Positions 19,051 to 26,207 of a DNA stretch of 26,207 bases are shown here, one piece after another. Location: the NCBI GenBank assembly GCA_000934665.2, contig KZ538281.1, forward strand, positions 62,001 through 88,207. The letters are read 5' to 3'. Source of the DNA: Catajapyx aquilonaris (taxonomy: Eukaryota). The translations under genes and the position numbers were made by a program. Position 1 is the first letter of the stretch. Every line of letters starts with the position of its first letter. The notes beneath the pieces were generated by a model. The model ran no database searches. It was not told the origin of the DNA and saw only the letters and a list, made by a program, of their open reading frames with translations.

Positions 19051-20631
19051 TCAGAGTTTCTCCCCCGTTGCGATGTCAAGACGTCTCTTGTGCGTCCTGA
19101 GATGCAGCTTCATCGATTGCTTGTTGATGAACCGTTTGCTGCACATGCTGCATGACACTGGCTTCTCTCCGGTGTGACTCAGTATGTGGAACTGTAGCAC
19201 TTGATTCGTTGTGAAGGCCTTCCCACATATGATGCATCCGAAAGGCCTCTCGCCAGTGTGGGTCCGCAGGTGAACTCGCATGTTGTCAGGACGATTGAAT
19301 TTCTTGGGGCAGTATTTGCACGGGAAGCTTTTCTCGCCAGAGTGAACAACACTATGCTTCTTCAGATAGTAAAATCTCACAAACCGCTTCCCGCATTCAC
19401 ATACATAGGGCTTCAAACCCGCATGTATGTTAAGATGATCCCTGAAAGTATTGCGGGTAGCAAACTGTTTGCTGCAAATGTGGCACAGGAAAGGGGTAGG
19501 TCTTCCCCGTTTGTGCGATTTGTTGTGAATACTAAGCTCGCGTCTGGTCCTATACTTTTCTTTGCATGTGTGGCAATGGAACCACTTTTCCTCGGCGGTC
19601 TTTTTCGGCCGATGTACTTTCGGGTGACGAACCAGCAAATGCAGTTTGAGATCAACCCGCTTGGAAAACTGCTCGCTGCACTTGTGACACGAGAGATAAA
19701 ACTCATCGCCATAAACAACTTCAGGTGTGATCACGTTTGATAAGTTGTGTGTTACCCAATGACTTTCCAGCTCCGCTTTTGCATAAAAACTTTCCTTACA
19801 CATGAAACAATGGAAGTTCTTTTGAACCGCATGCCCTTCACTATCGCCATCTTCGCTTAAAAACCTACTCAAATCACTCTCTTGTTTAACAATACACATG
19901 CCAATCTCAGCAGGTGAGTTAATTTTATCAGAATTAATCTCTTTCACAACAGTATCAGCAGTCACATCAACATCAGAAGGATTGCTACGAGGTTTGCGCC
20001 GATAGACCCGAAGTGCCTTATCTTTCATTACGACTACAACCGGCTTCGTTTCTCCCTTGATGGGCTGGATGGGCAAATCAATAAAACCGGGATTTGGCTC
20101 CGATTTCATTGGAACAATTATGGGCACTTGCGGCGGTGGCTGTTTGGGCGTCTTGCGCTTGTACACGCGAAGAGGCTTGTAACCTTCAGCCGCATCTGGA
20201 TTACTTGTGGAATTTGGTGGAGGTTGGCTAAATATTGTCGGGTCCACTGGCATTACAGGGATAACAGGAATTCGGGGAGCGCGAGGAGACGGCTTGTACA
20301 CCCGCACTGGCCGCTTGACATCGCACACTGGAAAATCAACTTCGGGTATACCGTCCCACAAAGGGTCTTCCTCCGCACGTGAGGTTCTGGGTCCAAAAGT
20401 GTCCATGTTATGAATCATATTGTGAATGTTCAACTCCTTTATGGTCACGAAACTCCGGCTGCATTGCAAACACTGGAACAATTCAGTTTCCTCCGTGCGG
20501 ACATTGCCATGAAAGGCTCTTCTCACCGCAAGATCTTCATGTCCGTCGCCCTCCATCTCTTCTTCGACTTTGATCGAGTCGAACAGGATCATCTCGAAAG
20601 AACTATTTGCAGCCATTGTGCTCGACATCAT
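19051..20631 (-). CDS. Multi-C2H2 zinc-finger protein, 526 aa
   Basis: About nine C2H2 fingers, with a C-terminal array linked by AGLKPY, SGEKSF, TGERPF and TGEKPV; acceptor TTTATTTCAG 5 nt upstream of the ATG. Confidence 0.93.
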   Translation of the reverse strand: MMSSTMAANSSFEMILFDSIKVEEEMEGDGHEDLAVRRAFHGNVRTEETELFQCLQCSRSFVTIKELNIHNMIHNMDTFGPRTSRAEEDPLWDGIPEVDFPVCDVKRPVRVYKPSPRAPRIPVIPVMPVDPTIFSQPPPNSTSNPDAAEGYKPLRVYKRKTPKQPPPQVPIIVPMKSEPNPGFIDLPIQPIKGETKPVVVVMKDKALRVYRRKPRSNPSDVDVTADTVVKEINSDKINSPAEIGMCIVKQESDLSRFLSEDGDSEGHAVQKNFHCFMCKESFYAKAELESHWVTHNLSNVITPEVVYGDEFYLSCHKCSEQFSKRVDLKLHLLVRHPKVHRPKKTAEEKWFHCHTCKEKYRTRRELSIHNKSHKRGRPTPFLCHICSKQFATRNTFRDHLNIHAGLKPYVCECGKRFVRFYYLKKHSVVHSGEKSFPCKYCPKKFNRPDNMRVHLRTHTGERPFGCIICGKAFTTNQVLQFHILSHTGEKPVSCSMCSKRFINKQSMKLHLRTHKRRLDIATGEKL

Positions 20632-20763
20632 AGAACCTGAAATAAATTTACAAAAAGCATTAAAGGCGTTAGAAAATTTTCATCGCAACAATTTTGATAC
20701 TACGAGCCGGTTATTACACACACAAAAAATATATTTTTGACATTCCAGCCATTTGTGTTCATC

Positions 20764-20890
20764 GTTTCAAATGACCTCAGTTGCCTTCGCCTTCTGATAT
20801 AAACAACCGTTCCAAAATGGCCTCAGTTGCCTTCTAATATAAACCAACTGTTCCAAAATGGCCTCAGTTGCCTTCACCATCTGATAAAAC
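20764..20890. repeat. Three tandem ~41-46 bp units (GTTCCAAAATGGCCTCAGTTGCCTTC...) upstream of the ZF gene
   Basis: Seen directly; the units carry a YY1-like AAAATGGC core. Confidence 0.8.
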
Positions 20891-21103
20891 CATTCCATTT
20901 ACATGCGGCCAAAACTTTTTGTCCACCATAATACCTTACATAATATTACCATTATTACCATCGAATTAGTGTGTTCCGAAGCTTCCAGTTCTTCTCCGAC
21001 AAACTTAGGCTAGATGGCCGGCTTCCAAGCTGCAGAATCGGCCATTAAATCGCAAACATTTACCAGAAGAAAATCAAGTCCAAAAATATTTGCAACGTTC
21101 TAT

Positions 21104-21142
21104 CCGCCATATTGGATTTAACAAGAGCTGACATCTAGTGGC
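21104..21142 (-). promoter_or_regulatory. YY1-like (CCGCCATATT) and CTCF-like (GCCACTAGATGTCAGC on minus) motifs; candidate promoter of the 526-aa ZF gene
   Basis: Motif resemblance and position only. Confidence 0.35.
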
Positions 21143-21222
21143 TCAAAATTGTACTAGGCTGCATTACAGTACTGTAATTACAAACTATTGTTAATTACGT
21201 TTTTATCTAGTTATGTACCTTA

Positions 21223-21772
21223 GGCGGTCAGGACTTTTGGTTGTACAGGAAAGTGGCGGTCAGGACTTTTAGCGGTAGAGTGGCAGCCAGGACTACTGGA
21301 AGGACTAAGGAAATTGGCGGTCAGGACTTTTGGCTGCAAAGGAAATTGGCGGTCAGGACTTTTAGCGGTAAAGTAAAGTGGCAGTCAGGACTATTGGCTG
21401 CAAAGGAAATTGGCGGTCAGGACTTTTGGCTGTAAAGGAAGTGGCGATCAGGACTTTTAGCGGTAACGGAAAGTGGCAGTCAGGACTATTGGCTGTAAAG
21501 GAAATGGGCGGTCAGGACTTTTAGCGGTGAAGTGGCAGTCAGGACTATTGGCTGTAAAGTAAAGTGGCAGTCAGGACTATTGGCTGCAAAGGAAATTGGC
21601 GGTCAGGACCTTTGGCGGTCAGGACTTTTGGCAGTAAAGTAAAGTGGCAGTCAGGACTATTCGCGGTAAAGGAAATTGGCGGTCAGGACTTTTGGCGGTA
21701 AAGGAAATTGGCGGTAAAGGAAAATGTGTGTTGGCGGTAAATGAAATTGGCAGTCAGGGAGGCGGTGTTTCA
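21223..21772. repeat. Minisatellite-like array of ~30-bp units (GGCGGTCAGGACTTTTGGCTGTAAAGGAAATT variants), probably TE-derived
   Basis: Many copies of GGC(G/A)GTCAGGACT with variable spacers, ending in a distinct tail GGGAGGCGGTGTTTCA. Confidence 0.9.
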
Positions 21773-21828
21773 TAAGCATATTTTGGAGTGCAAAATGTTT
21801 TTTACTTATTCGGCCGACACATCTTGCA

Positions 21829-22906
21829 TTACAATTTGTGCGAATAGCGCTTGTGGATCTTGGTAACTGAATCGATTGCTTGGTTGAAACTCATTGCGCT
21901 GCTTCGCAAGATGCGAATGACGGCTTTCAGTATGTTGTGCTCCTGATCCTGGTACTTGGTAACAAGCTTCGATGTAGCGGTTTTCATCTCGGCGTTGCAG
22001 TTGGCCGCTAGGTTCATTAGCTCCTCGTTGTCCTCGCTGATTGAGTTAATCATCTCCTGCAGCTTTTTCATGAACGTGCCGTACGCTTCTTCCGAGAAGA
22101 TTGTAAACTGGTCCCTGGACTTTGAAGACACGGCTGTGTCCGTTGTCCGTTGCAGAAACTGTTCAATGGCACATTTACAGGGATGGTACTATAAATAACG
22201 AGTGAAACGGATTACCTGCGAAGATCTTCCTTTCTCAGCAGCATGCAAGCCTTTCCTTTGCTGGTCTTCCCATTTCTCCAGTTTCGTCGTAAAGATCTGC
22301 AGCTGCTCCTGGACGCTAGCAGTCATCTTCTTGTTGAAGTTGTCACGATGCTGGATCTGGCTCCTTTGCAGTTCGTTTCTGGCCGTGTTTGAATCGTTGA
22401 GATGTTGCTGAATCCAATCCGTAGCCCGAAGCAACTCCTTAAACGCGGATCGAACCAAATGTGGGGCTGGCGACATGTTCCGCTCACCTTTGTTCATCAT
22501 CTGGACACAATAATTGCATTAACATCATTTGAACAAACCATTAATATTCGCACGTACAATAGCCACGTTGTTGTACCGCTGTTTCTGAACGTCCATCAGG
22601 CAATCGCCACTTGCGGTGAGGTGGTTACAAGCAGAGTCCACAAGCTGATCATATTTGTCCAAAGTTGACTCCAGGAACGAGTTGTTGTTCGGCTTGTAAC
22701 CGCTTTTTGATGTCTCGGCCCACTGGTCGTCCAGCTCTTGAAGAGTTTTCTAGAAGACACGGTTACGTAAATAGCGGCAGATATTTTGCAATGAGCAAAC
22801 CTACCTTGAACAGCTGCAATTTTGACGGATGAAGACCACTGAGTACACTGCTTTCGCCATGTGAAGAACTCGGCTTTTCCGGCCGCATCTCGAGACCTTC
22901 TGACAT
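21829..22906 (-). CDS. Unassigned alpha-helical/coiled-coil protein G, 302 aa; exons 22906-22805, 22749-22558, 22500-22216, 22158-21829
   Basis: Three 55-57 nt phase-0 GT-AG introns give one ORF (909 nt): MSEGLEMRPEK...LFK|KTLQELDDQW...VAI|MMNKGER...SSQ|FLQRTTD...SHKL*. Confidence 0.8.
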
Positions 22907-23052
22907 GTTGGAATCTCTAGGAAAGGCCACACAAAAGGTGTAGAGCACTTAAAAATTTCTTAGAATTTAGAACACACTTTATTGTCCTTCCAGTGGTTTC
23001 TATGGATACACTTGTCGTAAACACTTAGGCACTGATGGTCACGAGTAAAAGG

Positions 23053-24799
23053 TTACTTCTCGAGCAAATACAGTTTGTACAGCTCTTCGTGATCGGGATT
23101 CTTGAACGTCGGAACAAAGTTGACCAGCAAAATCTCTTGGAATCCTTCGTCCAAAGTAGGTTCCTCGTACTTCTTGTTGTGCATGGCATAAATCATGTCG
23201 CTTACGTGTGCGTGGCTGCTGTCTGTGTATTCGCGGAACTGGAAGAAACGCAACGTTAGCGCAAACAGTCTTCTCAAAACACTAGAGACACTTACTCTGT
23301 TGTTATGCTTTGCGTGCTCCACTTCGGTTGTCATAATAAAGCATCTGCATGGCACGCCAGCTTTTTTCGCCACGTCGATAAACCGCTTTCTGGAGTCCTT
23401 GTCCGGATTTGTGTTGTCGACTACAGCCTTTTTGCCTTCCTCCAGCGCCTTTTTAATCACGGCTGCACACTTTTGCCAGGTTCCGTGAGTGTCTCGGTTG
23501 GCCGACACGTATCCTGCCGAAACCAGATGCTGCTCGGCGAAATGGCTTTTACCGGAACCGGGCGTTCCCACCATTATCACCACCTGTAAGCAACATTATA
23601 ACATGAAGAACCTGCGACTCTCATAGTATAAACAGATACCTCTAGCTTCTTAGAAGTGATGGTGGCATTGGCCTGTTCGCACAGAGGTCTCGTAGGATCC
23701 AGATTTGATGGGCAAAATTTCGGGAGCGTGAATTTGGTTGTGGGCGGATACTTGAGGAAGTGCTCCTCTGGTGTTACGAATGGAAGGTTAAGATTCATGG
23801 CAAAAAGGCGATCACCGCAGCTGAAGTCCTTCTTCACACCAGCTTTCCATCCAGCATCTCTACCAGCTGCGTCTCCGCAATAGAACGATTCCTTCATGTC
23901 TACTTCGATGCCTCCATTTTTCTAGAGTAACAAAACATTGTAATGACAGATTCAACATATAAATCCAATCCAATTACAGTTTCAACGAGGTATTTCCACA
24001 TCGCAGTGCATGGCTTCCGAAACAATCCTTTTCCTGTCGATACGAATGCTTGAATGGGGACTCCCAGCTTGGAAATGACGGCTTCTATCTTCTCCTTTAT
24101 GTCAGACGCTTTGGTCTTCCCTGTCGCAATTCCAGCTTGGTTCGTAATGAGCACTATTTTGTATCCGTCTTGAACCAGGGACTTTAGCTTTCCGGGAACC
24201 TCAGCGTAAATGATCTTCCAGTCGTACTTGTCCTTTGCGAACACCCTGCCCGACGCAGTGGTGATCAGTGTGCCATCCATGTCATACGAAGCTATCTGTA
24301 ATTTCAGAAAGTGATTACAGCCAAGAAGTTCACATTACGTAAGTGCCGCCCACGGTAATTATCACCCGCAATAAGCGAACGTAATGAGATAAGATCACCT
24401 TTGAGGAGGGAGCGACTCCAGGCTTGGTGAAAATGAGCAGCGAATCATCGCACACATCCTCCCATCCGCCCTTCCCGTCTGATTCCATCTTTGACTTCTT
24501 CGCCTGGGGCTGCTCTTCCGCAACCTCGCTCCTCTTCTTCCCCTTTGTCGCTCCACTTTTGGGGCTGGCCTTATTCTCTTCGGCTACGACCCCGGCATTC
24601 TTCTCCCCAATCTCCTCGTCCTCTCCTCCCGAGAACTCCACCACGTGCCTGTACTTCCCCGCCAGCAGCTCCAGCACGTCTCCGTGTCTCAGCGTCACCT
24701 TCTTCCCCACCCCAATTGCGGCTCCCTTGGCTCTGGACAGGTTGGCGCCAACCTGCTCCACAATCACGATTCTGTTGTTGCAATCAGCCACTATGGCAA
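23053..24799 (-). CDS. PNKP: Bifunctional polynucleotide kinase 3'-phosphatase, 5' partial; exons 24799-24399, 24295-23978, 23921-23640, 23583-23296, 23238-23053
   Basis: C-terminal half of an FHA-like domain (LRHGDVLELLAGKY); HAD phosphatase motifs YDMDGTLITTASG, TNQAGI, RKPCTAMW, SFYCGDAAGR, DFSCGDRLFA; kinase P-loop GTPGSGKS, NRDT, VVDNTNPD. Confidence 0.96.
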
Positions 24800-24880
24800 C
24801 TGGAAAGAGAATAATTACGTTACTTATTACCAATTTTCTTGTGTTCAGGACGTACAACAGCTAGCCTCAAATACTCTACT

Positions 24881-25380
24881 TAATGTAACATAACCTAATA
24901 TAACTAATGGGATGAACATAATATAACTAATGGGATGAACATAATATAACTAATGGGATGAACATAATATAACTAATGTAACATAACCTGATATAACTAA
25001 TGTAACATAACCTAATATAACTAATGTAACATAACCTAATATAACTAATGTGATGTAGCTAAATTATATAATGCAACTAATATAGTGGAACACAATATAG
25101 CTAATGTGATGTAACCTAATATAACTAATGTGATGTAACCTAATATAACTAATGTGATGTAACTAAATTAATATAATGTAACTAATATAGTGGACCCTAA
25201 TATAACTAATGTGATGTAGCTAAATTATATCATGTAACTAATATAGGGGAACATAATATTTAACTAATACAATGTCAATGTAATAGAATATAGCTTGATT
25301 TTATATAATAAAATGTAACTAAATTAATGTAGCTAATAAAATACAACTAAATTAATACAGATAATAAAATGCAACTAATT
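24881..25380. repeat. AT-rich minisatellite (23-24 bp unit TAATGTAACATAACCTAATATAAC and variants) in the PNKP upstream intron
   Basis: Tandem copies seen directly, decaying towards the 3' side. Confidence 0.92.
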
Positions 25381-25382
25381 AA

Positions 25383-25560
25383 TCCCCATATATATAAAGC
25401 TCAAAATTTGTACGTATTAATAAATGTATGTATGTCACGCCTAATTAAGCCACTTCCCGGGCACGGAGAGCGCTCAAATTTCTCAGAGCCATGTCTTACC
25501 TATCACTGACCCCGCAAAAAGTCCCAAACCCGAACTTTTTGGAGTCTAAGGGGGGTTTTC
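25383..25560 (+). mobile_element. Possible 5' fragment of a non-autonomous Helitron-like element
   Basis: TC...ATATATATAAAG start, short (TGTA)n tract, GTCACGC, then AAATTT; layout recalls insect non-autonomous Helitrons. No 3' hairpin/CTAG identified. Confidence 0.4.
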
Positions 25561-25666
25561 AGCAGATTAACCAATTGCCTAGCAACCCTGGCTGTCAACA
25601 AGCCCAAAGGATGGATCTGCCTCTCTCACTCATGTTCTACAATAATCAAACATTGCATATTCAACA

Positions 25667-25860
25667 ATGAAACCAATAGAACAAGGGCAGGTTGTCAAGA
25701 ATAATATAATTGCAGTATAAGAGTAGGGTATTGTAACAATGAACGCGGTTGGAGTACTTAGGGGAGTGCCGAGATCAACAATACCGAACAATACAGTACT
25801 GTACAGTGCGTATTGATAGAACCTGCCACAAGGCACCAGGAAACACAGAGGAAAGAAGAG
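25667..25860 (+). pseudogene. Possible decayed Tc1/mariner-type transposase N-terminal (HTH) fragment
   Basis: MKPIEQGQVVKNNIIAV*E*GIVTMNAVGVLRGVPRSTIPN has an HTH-like GVPRSTI and in-frame stops. Confidence 0.3.
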
Positions 25861-25974
25861 CAGGTATACGTTCGGGTGTTTGGTCTCAGAAGTGTTGGAG
25901 TGATGCCTTCATGTTCAGATTGTGTTGTCATCATTTTTTTTTATAATTCTGATACAAAATTTTCAAATGTAATT

Positions 25975-26193
25975 TTAAAAACGGGGTTAATGCGAAAAGG
26001 GGTAAACTGGAGCTGCGTAAAACGGGTACTTCCCTCATGGGAAATCTTTCTTTGCCGTTTCACAATCAGCAGGCTATCATAATTTCCACGTTATCACAAT
26101 TTTTCAATTGAAAAATTTTATGATGTCATTTTCAAACCGGCGTTAATGTGGAACGGCGTAAAATGGAGGGGTGTAAAACGGGTACCTACTGTA
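25975..26193. mobile_element. Right end of a pogo/Tigger-like non-autonomous element
   Basis: Ends ...GTAAAACGGGTACCTACTG|TA (reverse complement TA|CAGTAGGTACCCGTTTTAC); subterminal motifs GTTAATG and GTAAAACGGGTAC are repeated internally; left end not found. Confidence 0.55.
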
Positions 26194-26207
26194 TTATTTT
26201 GATAATT

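Noticed and set aside
19201..19740. 179-aa plus-strand ORF and similar antisense ORFs over the ZF, F-box and PNKP genes
   Set aside because: Shadow ORFs of well-supported opposite-strand coding exons
5543..21142. Convergent CTCF-like motifs bracketing the orphan block as an insulated loop
   Set aside because: Only two short motif matches, both also explained as promoter-proximal sites; no evidence of looping from sequence
21223..21772. CRISPR-like repeat-spacer appearance
   Set aside because: Spacers are themselves repetitive and short, the context is eukaryotic and no cas genes are present

Overview
Gene-dense eukaryotic DNA, probably from an arthropod or another invertebrate (inference from many 55-100 nt introns, AT-rich spacers and C2H2 genes). 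Most genes are spliced, so the ORF track fragments them; I rebuilt them by hand from splice sites and intron phases. Recognisable genes: two C2H2 zinc-finger genes (597-1691 and 19051-20631, both minus), an F-box/LRR gene (4159-5391, minus) and PNKP (23053 to beyond 24799, minus, 5' exon not found). The best hidden feature is a three-exon SelW/MIEN1 (Rdx-family) selenoprotein gene at 2921-3654 (+) with an in-frame TGA and a canonical-looking SECIS at 3776-3840. It is unusual: CxxU reads YxxU and a second in-frame TGA gives G-C-U-P. Between 5.7 and 18.6 kb lies a block of spliced genes I cannot assign to a family: two tandem paralogues (about 460 and 485 aa) with matching exon architecture and an ATG followed by a GC-AG intron, an 11-exon 518-aa gene with eight consecutive phase-2 introns, a C4 zinc-ribbon protein and a small protein. 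A further 302-aa unassigned gene sits just downstream of PNKP. Introns hold many MITE-like foldbacks, tandem arrays and transposon fragments. All gene models are manual and need RNA-seq confirmation.
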